From the human T2T-CHM13v2.0 reference genome, Homo sapiens: 64,000 bases of DNA. Below the pieces are notes generated by a model, which ran no database searches, was not told the origin of the DNA, and saw only the letters and a program-made list of their open reading frames with translations. The translations under genes were made by a program, and so were the position numbers. Numbering within the stretch: the first letter of the stretch is position 1; each line of letters starts with the position of its first letter. Positions 33,427-62,950 of the stretch are shown here, one piece after another. The stretch lies in the NCBI RefSeq assembly GCF_009914755.1, contig NC_060926.1. One strand, written 5' to 3'.

Positions 33427-34005
33427 TCAACTAAAGGAACCAAGACTCTTTGATAAAATGGCTAAATTCAGGGCTGGGGCAGAGAAAATACATGAGTGTG
33501 GAACTTCTTGTGCCAGAGAGAAAAAGTGCCCAAAGATTGATGAGGATGAATCATTGAAATGACACACAGATTAAAAGGGTTCCCACTGGACAAATTTGAG
33601 CATCAAAATAAGTAATAGTAGTAATTAATTATAACCCATCAGAAGAAATAAACCATGAGCTCATGTGAATATATGAATACAAACATAAACAAATTACAAG
33701 CATAATGAGGAATGTGATATTTATATGGTTTAAAGGTACCTCTCCAGGCCGGGTGCAGTGGCTCATGCCTGTAATCCCAGCACTTTGGGAGGCCAAGGCA
33801 GGTAGATCACCTGAGGTCAGGCATTTGAGACCAGCCTGCACAACATGGTGAAACCCTGACTCTACTAAAAATACAAAAATTAGCCGGGCGTGGTGGCACG
33901 TGTCTATAATCTGCCACTGATTAGGTGTGTGATTTTCCCAAGCAGGGGATAATAGTAGTACCTATGTCAAAGGCTGTTATGAGGATTAAATGAGCTAACA
34001 CATAA

Positions 34006-34144
<139 letters not shown>

Positions 34145-34228
34145 TAGCTGGGATTACAGGCTCCTGCCACCACACCTGGCTATTTTCAATAGAGACGGGG
34201 TTTCACTATGTTGGCCAGGCTAGTCTCA

Positions 34229-34336
<108 letters not shown>

Positions 34337-34865
34337 TCACCCAGGCTTCATCTCAGCTCAGTGCAACCTCCGCCTCCTGGGTTCAAGCAATTCTCCTGCC
34401 TCAGCCTCCCGAATAGCTGAGATTACAGGTGCCTGCCACCACACCCGGCTAAGTTTTATATTTTTAGTAGAGACGGGGTTTTGCCATGTTGGCCAGGCTG
34501 ATCTCAAACTCTTGACCTCAAGTGATCTGCCTGCCTCAGCCTCCCAAAGTGCTGGGATTACAGGCATGAGGCACTGTGCCTGGCCTCAAATTCTTAGAAT
34601 ACTGCCTACCACATATTGAATGTTCATTAAATCCTAGGTATAGGACAGGGGTGTTGGCTCATGCCTGTAATGCTAGCATTTTGGGAGGCTGAGGCAGGAG
34701 GATCACTTGAGCCCAGGAGTTCCAGACCAGCCTGCGCAACATAGCAAGACCTCTCCTCTACTAAAAAAGATTACTGTGGCTGCAGTGTGGAGAACAGATT
34801 GTCGATAGATGATAATACCTACGATTTTATTTATTTTTTACTTCTTATTTATTTTTTTGAGATGA

Positions 34866-35155
<290 letters not shown>

Positions 35156-35158
35156 TTA

Positions 35159-35468
35159 CATGTTCAGCAACCCTAATCCAACCATCTGAAATTAAAATGC
35201 TCCAAAATCAAAACTTTTTGATCATCAACACGATGCCACAGTGGAAAATTCCACACCTGACCGCATGTAAAAAGCTGTAGTCAAAATTTTGTTTGATACA
35301 CACACAATTTTTAAAATTGCATAAAATTACCCTGAGGCTATGTGCATAAGGTGTATACGAAACATAAATGAATTTCAAGTTTAGCCTCTGGCCCCATCCC
35401 CAAGATAAAGAGCCACAATCTGAAACAGTTCTGGTCTTAAGCATTTGGGATGAAGGATACTCAACCTA
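35159..35468. mobile_element. Tigger4 (Zombi)-like DNA transposon
   Basis: TA|CATGTTCAGCAACCCT...AGGATACTCAACCTA|TA degenerate terminal inverted repeats. Internal aaatgctccaaaatc and gtggaaaattccacacctgacc. Confidence 0.7.
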
Positions 35469-35705
35469 TACCCAGTTTTCTACACGACACTACTTATGAA
35501 TATCTTTTAAAAATTTCTTTATCCCTACTTGTTTTCTGTCTTCTCTACCAGAATATAATTTTCACGAGACCAGTATCTGACAAACACACGTGCTACATAT
35601 TCAATCTTTATCGAATGAATTTAATATTTTCCAAGTTTTCTATAATTAACATTACTTCTATATTATTAATTTTATAGAGAATCCAAATAGCATTTTATTA
35701 AGTAG

Positions 35706-36044
<339 letters not shown>

Positions 36045-36149
36045 TGAACCACCACGCCTGGCGGAGGCAAGTTTCTTAATCTTCTTTCCTCACTTGTAAA
36101 ACTGGAATACTGTCCATTTTCATAAGGTTAAATCATACAACACAGGTAA

Positions 36150-36740
36150 AAGCGCTTCAGCACGCAACGAAATTTTTCTAACGTAACGAAAAACTCCTCG
36201 TTGCTCCTTGCCTTGCCCTTAACCTCAACGCTTCAGGTCCCGACCAATCTCTCGGAGAGCTCAGAGGGAGCCGCTCTAGCCGCCTTCCGCCACGGAGTGC
36301 AGGGACAGCCGGGAAGGGGACGGAAGCCGGAGGCCAGAGCACGCACTTCCTCCCACGCTTTCCTCACAGCCAATCGCCCACTGGTGCCCCACCCCTTCCG
36401 TTCTGGGAAAACTCGAGCACCCAGAACGGCTTCCGGCGGGAGCTGTGCAGCTCCTTATCATGGTGAGTTGGCTGTTGGGGTGAGGGTTTCGGCTGTAGCT
36501 GATTCGGTTTATCTTATTTGGTCCCGAAGCGACCTTGAAATCCCTCAGCCACCCAGAGGAGGGGTCATTGGAGTTGAAGTCGGGCCCCTTGGCAGGAGCG
36601 GCTGTCTCCCAAAATGTTCCCCTTCAGAGTTCTGGTCCCTTTCGGTCCCTCACCTGTTCCGCAGGCGCTCACGATCTAGGCCCCGCTGCAGGCAGAGCTT
36701 TCAGCTCCTGGCGAGTTTCTGACTTCCCTCTGCCGAGATT
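36150..36740 (+). promoter_or_regulatory. SLC30A6: SLC30A6 CpG-island, TATA-less promoter and exon 1 region
   Basis: Only non-Alu GC/CpG-rich block in the window. CCAAT at 36244 and 36370. ETS/GABP cores CGGAAG/CTTCCG at 36284, 36321, 36395 and 36430. Confidence 0.9.
36460..36462 (+). CDS. SLC30A6: ZnT6 exon 1 coding part (ATG only)
   Basis: cttatcATG|gtgagt consensus donor. Joins in frame to exon 2 (MGTIHLFRK...). Confidence 0.93.
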
Positions 36741-37436
36741 TCTTTAAGGTAATAAAAGTTTTTGCCAGCGTCAACAACTAGGCCACCAACAAAAGATCTG
36801 AAAACAAGTCCACAGCAACAACTGTAATAGTGATTCTTAGAGCAGTGGCGATAACGCCAGCGGAAAAAAAAAAAAAGGTTAGTAATAGGGTTTTAGGGCA
36901 GACGTCTCACTCTGCAACTTGGCTTTACTAAATATTAAGTAGCCTGATTACGGCAGCAAATTTCATAAGCGCAGTAACTACAGAAAGTCAAGGTGTTGGT
37001 AGGACATTTTATTGCTGCTTTATTTCTGGGTTTGTAGAAACTAATGGAAGACCCAGTAGACGTTATGGTTGTTGGGATATGGTGTTTTCTCTCAAATTTG
37101 TTAGAATTAGTCATTCTTTGCCTTTAGAGCTCAAATATATAGCTCTGAACTTTAAAGATAAGCAGTTGGTTGGGATTTGAAGTGTCCAAGTGGCGTGTGC
37201 CTTTTGAAAATGCATTTATTAGAAAAATTTATGGAGTACTTATTGATAGCCTACGTATGAGAAAGAGACCACATTTCTGTGCCTAAGCTTTTGTCACTGT
37301 ACTAAGTTTTTTACTTAAGTGGATATGGTCGGGAAAATGCCTCATTCACACACTTTATGTTTTGTAAATTTTCTGTAATCCTTTTGCACACAGAAAATGG
37401 GTAAAAGTTTACACTTTTTGGCTAATGATCAAATAG

Positions 37437-37811
<375 letters not shown>

Positions 37812-37867
37812 TAGTAGAGACGGGGTTTCTCCATGTTGGTCAGGCTGATCGCGAACTCCTGACCTCA

Positions 37868-37957
<90 letters not shown>

Positions 37958-38588
37958 TTAATGCATACATGTATGCAACATCCGTATTTCAGCCACAGTG
38001 AATAGCTTGCAAATCATGCTGTATTAATTGAGCCTTTGTACCTAATTTGCATATGCTCTTCCATCCCCAGAATTGTTCTCTGTTCTCTATCGGCTGTCCT
38101 TATCAGAATAACCCTTATATATCCTTAATTATTTTTCATGAACCTTTCCCTCATGTTCCAGTATCCTCTTAGTTGCTTCTCCTTTGTGCTCTGGTGGTAC
38201 CTTGTGCTTTTATATGCACAAACACACACACACACACACCAGTTTTGTTACATAAAGCTGCACAAAACGAATACATACAATAGAAACTTAACTTGCCTAT
38301 AATACTGATGATTTGAAGGGAGTTGAAGATAAAGGGATAAGAGACTTAAAATTCAGAGGTCTTTCAGATTATACACCTTCATTAACTCACAGCCCTAATT
38401 TAAGAAAGTAAAACTTGAATCTCTTGTGTTTTTTACCAGTAACATCTGTAATCCTTACAGACGATGTTAAAGTTGTGTACTTATTTGTCTTTCTCACTTT
38501 CTAGACTGTAAGCTCATTGAGAGCAGGACCTATGTATTTCACCCTAATTCCCAGAGCTTTGTAGAGTGCCTGGCCCAGAGGAAGTTTT

Positions 38589-38979
38589 CAATAAACATCT
38601 GTTTTATAAGACACTGAAAACTTATGGCACTATATCTTTATGCTTGAAACATTAGTATTAGTCATGCAGGGAAACAGTATTTAAGGTTTATTTTAAAGGA
38701 TATTGAGAAAAGGTTTTGCGTTTATTAAGAACATGCTATGTGAAAACAGTACTTTCTTAGAAAATATAAAGAAAAATACAAATAAAACGTCTGTTTTATA
38801 AAGCACTGAAAACCTATGGCACTATATCTTTATGCTTGAAACATCAGTATTAGTCATGCAGGGAAACAGTATTTAAGGTTTATTTTTTAAAATAAATATT
38901 TTAAAATAAAATATTGAGAAAAAGGTTTTGTGTTTATTAACATGCTGTGTGAAAACAGTGCCTTCTTAGAAAATATAAA
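38589..38979. repeat. Two-copy tandem duplication, ~190-200 bp unit
   Basis: Copy 1 ~38589-38778 and copy 2 ~38779-38979 share long identical tracts such as TATGGCACTATATCTTTATGCTTGAAACAT. Confidence 0.93.
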
Positions 38980-41844
38980 TAATATAAATATATAATATTA
39001 AAAATATAAGTATATAAAAACAAAATATAAAGGAAAATAGCCCTTGTCATTAGTGAAGTTACTAAAATTACAAAGCAATGTAACAAGTTGAAGGCTTTAC
39101 TTTGGTTAATGCAAAATAAGTGGCATAAAAAACACTATAGTTTGGAATGATCTAGGAAGACTTCATTTAAGAAGTGAAACATGAAACTAAGTACTTTGTG
39201 CCCCACTCTAATACTCTTAATCTAATACTTGTTTGTCATTATATGAATAAGAGCTTGGGTTAGACAGATCTGGCCTTTTCACGCAAGAGTGGTCATGAGA
39301 CAAAAGAGTAGACCAGTTTAACTGAAGTTGAGGGTTTCTATCTGGAGTAAGAGATAAGACTGGAAAGAAACAGGCTAAGTCATTGAAAACCTGGAAATTC
39401 AGGTTGTAAAATTTGTAGTTTATTCTGATAGCAATGGAGAGCCAATATAATTTTGGGAAGAGTGATATGACATTAGGATTTTTGTTTTATTTTCATTGTC
39501 AGGATGGCATCAGAAGTGGCTTTCTGCCTCTTAGAAACCTTGTTGATTCTCTTAACCTGAAACTTAAAGTTGGCTAGGGTTAAACAGAAGATGTCCAAAA
39601 TAACAGTATTAAGGAGAATTTTTTAAATCTTTGGAACCAAAATAACTCACACATAATTCTTTAAGAAAAGAATATATATACATATGTACATACACATATA
39701 TATAATATTTATACATATGTACATTTATTTATGTATTTATTTATTTATTTCGAGATGGGGTCTCGCTCTGTTGCCCAGGCTTGAGTAAAGTGTGATCCTG
39801 GCTCACTGCTTGACTTCCCGGGCTCATGCGATCCTTCCACCTTGGTGTCCTGAGTAGCTGGGACTACAGGCATGTACCACTATGCCTGGCTAATTTTTTT
39901 CTTTTCAATTTTTTTGTAGAGACAGGGTCTCAGTATATTTCCTAGGCTGGTCTTGAACTCCTGGGCTCAACTGATCCTCCTGACTCAGTCACCCAAAGTG
40001 GTGGAATTACAGGCATGAGCCACCATGGCCAGCCAAGAAAAAGATATATTTATTGGCTGGGTGCGGTGGCTCACGCCTGTAATCCCAGCACTTTGGGAGG
40101 CCAAGGCGGGCGGATCACGAGGTCAGGAGATCAAGACCATCCTGGCTAACACGGTGAAACCCTGTCTCTACTAAAGGTAAAAAAAAATTAGCCGGGCGTG
40201 GTGGTGGGTACCTGTAGTCCCAGCTACTCCTTCACCGCAGAATGGGGCTGCGACAGAGTGAATATCCTGTTTGCCGTGTAGCCTATATTTAAAATCAGAC
40301 TGTCCTCCTCAAAAGCAGCTGGAACTGAGGTTCAAGAGATGGATGTGACTGTGTATAGGGAGAGGCATACCATTTTTATTTTTAAAGTATCAACAGAAAT
40401 CATGATTTCACATTAACAATACAAAGTTGCAAAAGCAAATGTGAATAATGAGCAGGTACTGATTTGGCCAGCTTTATAAATGTGTAACTTTTAAAACTGG
40501 GTTATTCATCTTTTTAAAAATAGTTTGTGGAAGCTCATTGTGTATAGAGAAAATTGGCCTATTGTCTGTTGTGAATTATAGTTTTTTTTCAGTTTGACCT
40601 TCTTAAAGTTTTTTTCCCCCTTAAGGGTATTACATTCGCCCATGAAATTATATAGTAAAATCAATCAATTTTTTTCCTTTAGAGCTTCTTGGGTTTTATG
40701 CCCTATTAAGAAAGGCTTCCCCCAACTCCCAGATTATAAAATAATACATCTAGACTTTCTTCAGTCAAGTACTCTATAAATCTGTATTTTATTTTTAAAA
40801 ATAGCAACAGAGTAAGGAGTAACGGTAAGGGTGAAACATTACCTTGATCAAAATACCATTTATTGACTGGCTTATATTTTCTCCCAGTGATATTGGATAC
40901 TGCTTTTCTCATAAGTTAATTTCTCATATGTGTTTGAACTCTCTGTTCTGCTAAGGCTTTCCCATGTGATTTCCTAAACTTGGGTGGTTAATCCCCTCTA
41001 GTTGCCACTTGGTCTCCTCTCTCATTGGTGAGCCCTATCTTTACTATCCCCAAACTAACTATACACTAGCAGGGGCCAGGGAGACTAGCCAGGATGTCAG
41101 ATACTTTGACTGAATGCCTAAGAGAGAATCTCAGGGGTTTTACTATAATAGTTGCCTGAACTTACTTTCTTTTTGAGACAGAGTCTCACTCTGTCACCGA
41201 GGCCAGAGTGCAGTGGCACAATCTTGACTCACTGCAAACTCCACCTCCCAGGCTCAAGAGATTCTCACGCCTCAGCCTCCTGAGTAGCTGGTATTACAGG
41301 TGTGCACCACCACACCCAGTTCATTTCTATATTTTTAGTAGAGACAGGGTTTTGCCATGTTGGCCAGGCTGGTCTCAAACTCCTGGCCTCAAGTTATCCC
41401 TCTGCCTCGGCCTCCCAAAGTGCTGGCATTACAGGCATGAGCCCCAAGCACAACCACATATATAGCTTTAATTAGGTGAATTTTCAGTAGAAATTTCCAG
41501 TAGAGCTATTTGGCAAACTATTTCTTTTTCAGTTCAAGTTGCCTTATCCATTTAAAAATAAAGAGTGTGGTCTGGAGCTAAAAAGCCTGGGTTTGAATTT
41601 CTGCTCAGCCATTTACTAGCTCTGTGACTTTGGATGACTTACTAAAAGTTGTCTCCACCACATAGGTTTATTGTGAATATTAAATCCATAAATACACATA
41701 AAGTGTCTAGAATAAGTGCTTGATGTATATTGAGTACTTAATAAATATTGGTTATTTATATCATAGGAACCACTATATCATATCATAGGAACTCTGAAGA
41801 TGATTAAATATCTAAATGCTGATTTGTATATGTTTGTTTGAAAG

Positions 41845-41931
41845 GGGACAATTCATCTCTTTCGAAAACCACAAAGATCCTTTTTTGGCAAGTTGTTACG
41901 GGAATTTAGACTTGTAGCAGCTGACCGAAGG
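41845..41931 (+). CDS. SLC30A6: ZnT6 exon 2 (87 nt), GTIHLFRKPQRSFFGKLLREFRLVAADRR
   Basis: tgaaag|GGGACA...CGAAGG|gtaagt. Matches the ZnT6 N-terminus. Confidence 0.96.
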
Positions 41932-42268
41932 GTAAGTTATTCCTTAACCCCAATTTTAATTATTGCACAAACAACATTATAACATTGAAGAAAGATAATT
42001 TTTAAGGCCAATAGAAATCACTCCTGATCCTGCCACACTGTTTTCATTTTTCTATGTTGGAAAAGTATTTTTTTAGTGTAAAATTGCAGTTGTTTGGTGT
42101 TAAGTTGTTTTACTTTGGTAGGAAGCTTCTGTTAAAGTTTTGATTCTAATTCTGAAGTGTTTTAAAGAAAAATGGTTTTGTGGTTGCTTTTTGTTATTAA
42201 GTTTTCAAAAAATTAAATGGATCCAGTCTAAAGCCATGTTTTCTCTTTTATTTATTTTTTTTTTTTGA

Positions 42269-42463
<195 letters not shown>

Positions 42464-43587
42464 TGATCTCGAACTCCCGACCTCAGGTGATCCGCCCACC
42501 TCGGCCTCCCAAAGTGCTGGGATTACAGGCGTGAACCACCGTGCCTGGCCCATGTTTTCTCATTTTTAATGTAGGGCAAGAAAAATATGTTTTGAGACTG
42601 TAAATAAAAAGATGTAATTGCCATCCTTTTAGGCCACCAATGTAAACCTTCTAGTTACTGTGTTTCATGCTTCTCATTGTTGTCTAAATGATAAACTCTC
42701 TGAGGGAAGTGACTGTCTCTATTTTGCTCACCTTTTTATAGAAGTACAATATAAGCATTCAGTAAATATTTGATGACTTTTAAGTAAAGCCAGCTTCAAT
42801 GAAACAATAATAAGCAGTACCAATGGGCACTCCAATTGAAACTCTGCCATATTTTCACTATTTTTCAACTCCGTTATCCTCATTTGCTTCCTTATCCAAC
42901 TTAGATTCTATGCTCCATCATTATCATTTCCCTCCTTTTTGTTCTTTTTTTTTTGAGATGGAATCTTGCTAAATTATCCAGGCTGGTCTTGAACTCCTGG
43001 GCTCAAGGGATCCTCCTTCCTCAGCCTCTTGAGTAGCTGGGATTACAGGGGTACACCACCACTCCCAGCTAGTATCATTTTCTTTTATATGTTCTCAACT
43101 CTTTTGTGCTCCCCTTCCCTCTGTCTTAATTCCTGGAAAATCCCTAACCTTCATTAAGTTCACTTTCTTTCTACTCTACTTGCATCTAAGCAACTGAATG
43201 TAACCTGAGAGAAACAAAACCATGCGACTGGTCTCACTTTGAATTCATGATCAGACAGACCATTAGTGCTGCCTATTAGTGCTCTTTCATTTTATATTTC
43301 CTTTGTTCATTCAATTTTCCAATTTCCTAGATGGCTGTTTCATACGATGTTCTTTCGTTTCTATCCTCAAGCTTCTAATACCTTCTTCATCCTCACCCTA
43401 ACCTGATGATCTTGCTTCCTGTTTCACCAAGGGAAAAGAAGTAATCAGAAGAAAACTTCTACATCCTATCATTAGCACATCAGCCATCACTCCGCCTTCC
43501 CTCCTATTTCTCTGGACAAGCTTTCAGTTCTTCTCTATAAAGGCAATCCTTTCACTTGTTGCCTACTGAAAGATGATGTCCCTATAA

Positions 43588-44127
<540 letters not shown>

Positions 44128-44605
44128 TGATCTTGAACTCCTGACCTCCACCCACCTTGGCCTCCCAAAGTGCTGGGATTGCAGGAGTGAGCCATTGCAC
44201 CTGGACAAGATTACTAACTTTTAGGAACATCATCATGCCCTTTATTCAGATTCACCAGTTGCTTACATTTGGCCCCATTTGCTTCATCGTTGTCTCTATA
44301 ATATGTACTTATAGAGACAAAACGATATGCATATGTATGTGTATTTTTCTCAACTATTTGAGAATTTCTATGTCAGAATTTATTTTCTCTTGAACAACTC
44401 TCCTTCTGGAACTATTCTTTTAAACTTGTATACTGTAATAACTTAGCCGATGACAATTTTGGTAGATGTAGAAAGTGTGACACAGACTTTTTGAAGGAAG
44501 TTATGTTTATTCCTTTGAATATCAGAGTATAAATTGTAGCAACTTGAACAGACCCCGTGAAATTTATCACTTCTGTACACATAAGAGTGATTTTTATTTT
44601 CACAG

Positions 44606-44690
44606 TCCTGGAAGATACTGCTCTTTGGTGTAATAAACTTGATATGTACTGGCTTCCTGCTTATGTGGTGCAGTTCTACTAATAGTATAG
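44606..44690 (+). CDS. SLC30A6: ZnT6 exon 3 (85 nt), SWKILLFGVINLICTGFLLMWCSSTNSI(A), TM1
   Basis: tcacag|TCCTGG...GTATAG|gtatgt. Confidence 0.96.
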
Positions 44691-45148
44691 GTATGTCACC
44701 TTTGTATTTTTATGGAGTTGTTATTTTTACTTTTATTTTTCTCATTGGAAATAAAGGTATATCTTACATAGAATATATTATTCTGAAATGTATATAACTC
44801 AAATGATTTAAATAAGGGACTATATTTAAAACTTCCCTGTAAACTGTAAACTTTTGTTCATTTGTTAGGATTGTAATTTTTTTTTAAGTTTTTTTCCTTT
44901 TAAAATATATTTTAAAACAGAAATGGGGTTTCGCCATGTTGCCCAGGCTGGTCTCAAAATCCTGAGCTCAAACGATCTACCCACCTTGGCCTCCCAGAGT
45001 GCTGGGATTACAGGCGTAAGCCACAATGCCTGGCCATTTTCATTTTAAATAAGCTGTTATTTTTTGAAAAATCATTAAATCTATCTGGAGATTTTTTTTT
45101 TTTTTTTTTTTTTTTGAGACGGAGTCTCACTCTGTTGCCAGGCTGTAG

Positions 45149-45331
<183 letters not shown>

Positions 45332-45861
45332 TGATCCACCCGCCTCAGCCTCCCAAAGTGCTGGGATTACAGGCGTGAGCCACCGTGCCTGGCTGGAGAT
45401 TTGTTTTTAATATAATAGATTAAAACTTTAATTTATGCAGTTTGTAAGTTAGATTTTGAGGTTTGTTGGCTTTTCCTTAAAAAGGGAATTCTGTAATTTT
45501 TTTCTTATATCTTTTTATGTTTTTTATTGCATTGTTCTTTTGTTCAGTTATTCAAACAATACATTTGAAATAGCGCTGAGATTACAGAAGCAGGCAGAAA
45601 AATGGTAACAGGGCTTTTGAACATTCATTGCTTCATTTTTCCTAATGGAGAAATCAGGTTGGGAAGTAAGCTTTTCTACCAACGAACTTTGGCTACATAT
45701 ATTTATCAGATTTACTAGATAACTGCCAATATATGAGGTTGGCCCGTGACTCAAAAGTTTTTTTGATAATGGATACCCCTGGTAGAAATAATTTTGGTAA
45801 CTTGCTGTATTTTTTTAGAGGGGTCAGTAATACTTTTAATCATTTTTTTGTTGTTTTGCAG

Positions 45862-45904
45862 CTTTAACTGCCTATACTTACCTGACCATTTTTGATCTTT
45901 TTAG
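45862..45904 (+). CDS. SLC30A6: ZnT6 exon 4 (43 nt), (A)LTAYTYLTIFDLF(S), TM2
   Basis: ttgcag|CTTTAA...TTTTAG|gtaagt. Confidence 0.96.
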
Positions 45905-46179
45905 GTAAGTTTTTAGGAAATCTTAATGTTTTGGAGCTAATAAGGAACTTGGTAGAAATGTGGTATAGCCATACAATTCAGCAATAAAAACAGCAACTAC
46001 TGATATCTTACAAGAAAACAATAAAAACATTATGCTTTGAAGACAGTCATAAAGGACCACATATTTTATCATTTCATTTATATGAAATGTCCAAAACAGG
46101 CAAATCTATGGAGAGAAAAAGTAGATTATGAAGAAGTTTTCTTTGCTTAAAGGAATCTACTAAATAAGTAAAATTATCA

Positions 46180-49696
<3,517 letters not shown>

Positions 49697-49966
49697 TGGA
49701 AACAGGCACTTTTATACATTGCTGGTGGGAATATAAATTGGTGCAGCATCTCGAGGGCAATTTGGCAATATCAATTAAATTTATAAATGCCCATAACCTT
49801 AAACGTAGCAGTTCCTTTTCTAGTAATTTATGCTGCAGATATATTCCTGTGGTTAAAAATGAGTTGCATATGAGATTATTCAGTACAAAAGATTGGAAAC
49901 AATCAGTATATGAATGATGAAATAATGGGGCATGTATACCCCATATTTTGGTATGTATATATCATA

Positions 49967-50132
49967 GAATTCTCAAACTTGACCATACAGCAGAATTACT
50001 TGGAAGGTCTTGTTAAAATACATATTGCTTCATTTCCAGAGTTACTGATTCAGGAGGCCTAGGGTAGGACCCAAGAATTTGCATTTCTAGCAACAGATGA
50101 AACCGATCCTGCTGGGTATAGGGAACCCACTT
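49967..50132. mobile_element. MER5A-like hAT-Charlie element
   Basis: ttctcaaactt..cagaattacttggaagg.cttgttaaaa..ctgattcag..gg.ctagggtagg.cccaagaatttgcatttcta. Confidence 0.7.
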
Positions 50133-50513
50133 ATCTGTGTAATTAAATATTATGTAGCCTTAGACAATAAAATCAAAGCATTTTATGGTTTTGAGGTCCT
50201 AATGAGGGGAAAAAGCAAGATACACAACAGTGTATATAGTATGCTGCAATTTGTATTAAAAAGGGGGAAAGAATAAGAATACGTACATGTATACACATCC
50301 ACACACTACACTCATTCATTTGCTTGTATTTGCGTAAATATACATAGGAAAGATAAACAAACTGATAATAATAGGTGTCTTTGAAGAGGAAGACTCTGGC
50401 AGGGAGACAAGTTTAAAATCTTCCCACTATATATCTGTTGTAAATTTTGAATTTTATTTATATAAATAAAACGCCAATTTAAAAATAAATAAAAAGCAGT
50501 TTAAATATGTTAC

Positions 50514-61456
<10,943 letters not shown>

Positions 61457-62129
61457 CTTTACTGCTTTTATGTGCCACATTTTTCACAAATCAGTGGACT
61501 ATATATGTGTAGGTCTGTTTCTAGATTCTCTTTTCTGTACAATTTGGTGTATTTGTACTTGGATTAGTACTGCACTATGTCAATTATTGCAGCTTTGAAA
61601 TACCTATTGATATCTGGTAGTATAAATCTTCCAGCTTCGTTCTTCTTCAAGGTTATCTTTGCCTTCCTTCACATTTTGCAGTTCCATATGCATTTTAATA
61701 TCAGCTTCTCACCTTCCACAAATAACATTGGTGCATTTGCATACTGTTTTTTCCTGTTCTTTTTTATTTTTTCAGTAGCTGGAAAACAACACTTAATTTG
61801 TATTCTATCATAACCTACTTTTTTCACTCACCTTTTTCCATGTCAATAAATACTTTTTTTGTTTAACAATATATAATGTTCTATTGTTGATTCCAGCATT
61901 TTTCCTTTACAAATAACAATGTGATGTACAGTCTTAATTTTTTTGTCTTTTCTGTGCCTCCGTGATTATTTTCTTGAAAAATTTTAAGCATTTATACTTA
62001 CCATAAATATTGAATACCATTAGACCATGTGTTGCAGGAAAAACTAAAACAACAGTTCCTGGCCTCTGGCTTATAGTCTAGGGATTATAAAATATATTCA
62101 TAATTCACTGTAATTATGTATAGAAATGA

Positions 62130-62520
62130 GAGGCAGTATAATAAGTGGTTAAAATCTGAATTCTAGTGTCAGAGTGTTTGAGTTTGAAAACCTTCTACTT
62201 GCTATCTATATGACTCTAAACAGTTACTTTTCTTCTTCGTGTCCTAAACTTCTTATCTGTTTGGGAAAAAAAAATGAGCCAAGTGTGGTGGCACATGCCT
62301 GTAGTCCCATCTACTCGGGAGGCTGAGCAGCTGGGAGGATTACTTGAGCCTGGGAGTTCAGGGTCCAGCCTGGGCAACATAGTGAGACCCCCATCTCTTG
62401 AAAAAAAGAAAAAAGTGGATAAAGTAATTCTAATAAGGGGTTGGGAGGTTTAGATGAGGTAATATGTTAAGCACTCTGGTGTCTAACGCACAGTGGGTCA
62501 ATTAAGTGTTATTATTATGA
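62130..62520 (+). mobile_element. MIR interrupted by an Alu fragment (other MIRs near 2040-2170, 5520-5640, 36060-36170, 41560-41750)
   Basis: gaggcagtataataagtggttaa..ttcttatctgt..tagatgaggtaatatg..aagcact MIR core. Confidence 0.6.
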
Positions 62521-62869
62521 TTGTGATTATTTCTAGAAAATAAGGACTATAATTGGGTCCTGGTAATTGTCTTTTTTTTTTTTTTAATCATTTTAAAGTT
62601 TTTCTGGAAAGAGAAAGCCTCTGACATGGGCTGAAGGTGCTCTCTCTTCTGAGTCCTAGGAATTGTACAAATAGGTACTCCTTGGAATCTGTGATTTTCA
62701 TTGTTTATTATTATTCTAGAAACCCTAATCTGCTCTAACAGTGTTGGGCTCATAGTAGACAGCACATATGTATATTAAGTGAGCAAATAAATGAATGTAA
62801 ATGTGTTCTAGAGAGACTGGTTTGTGAATTGAAAGAATTGTGATGATCTAATTAATGTTTTGGTTTCAG

Positions 62870-62950
62870 GTTTGAAAGATTAGAAGTCCTGGCTGTATTT
62901 GCCTCCACAGTCTTGGCACAGTTGGGAGCTCTCTTTATATTAAAAGAAAG
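62870..62950 (+). CDS. SLC30A6: ZnT6 exon 6 (81 nt), (G)FERLEVLAVFASTVLAQLGALFILKE(S), TM3
   Basis: tttcag|GTTTGA...AGAAAG|gtacat. Completes the CDF signature SFGFERLEVLA. Confidence 0.96.

Noticed and set aside
36240-36460. Metal-response (TGCRCNC) or ER-stress (CCAAT-N9-CCACG) elements in the zinc transporter promoter
   Set aside because: Neither CCAAT is followed by CCACG at N9 and I found no exact MRE by eye.
36201-36722. 173-aa ORF across the CpG island
   Set aside because: TTG start, stop-poor because of GC content, no recognisable domain, and it overlaps SLC30A6 exon 1 in another frame.
36600-36754. Possible alternative exon ending at AAG|GTAATA (36748/36749)
   Set aside because: A donor-like word only, with no clear acceptor or frame support.
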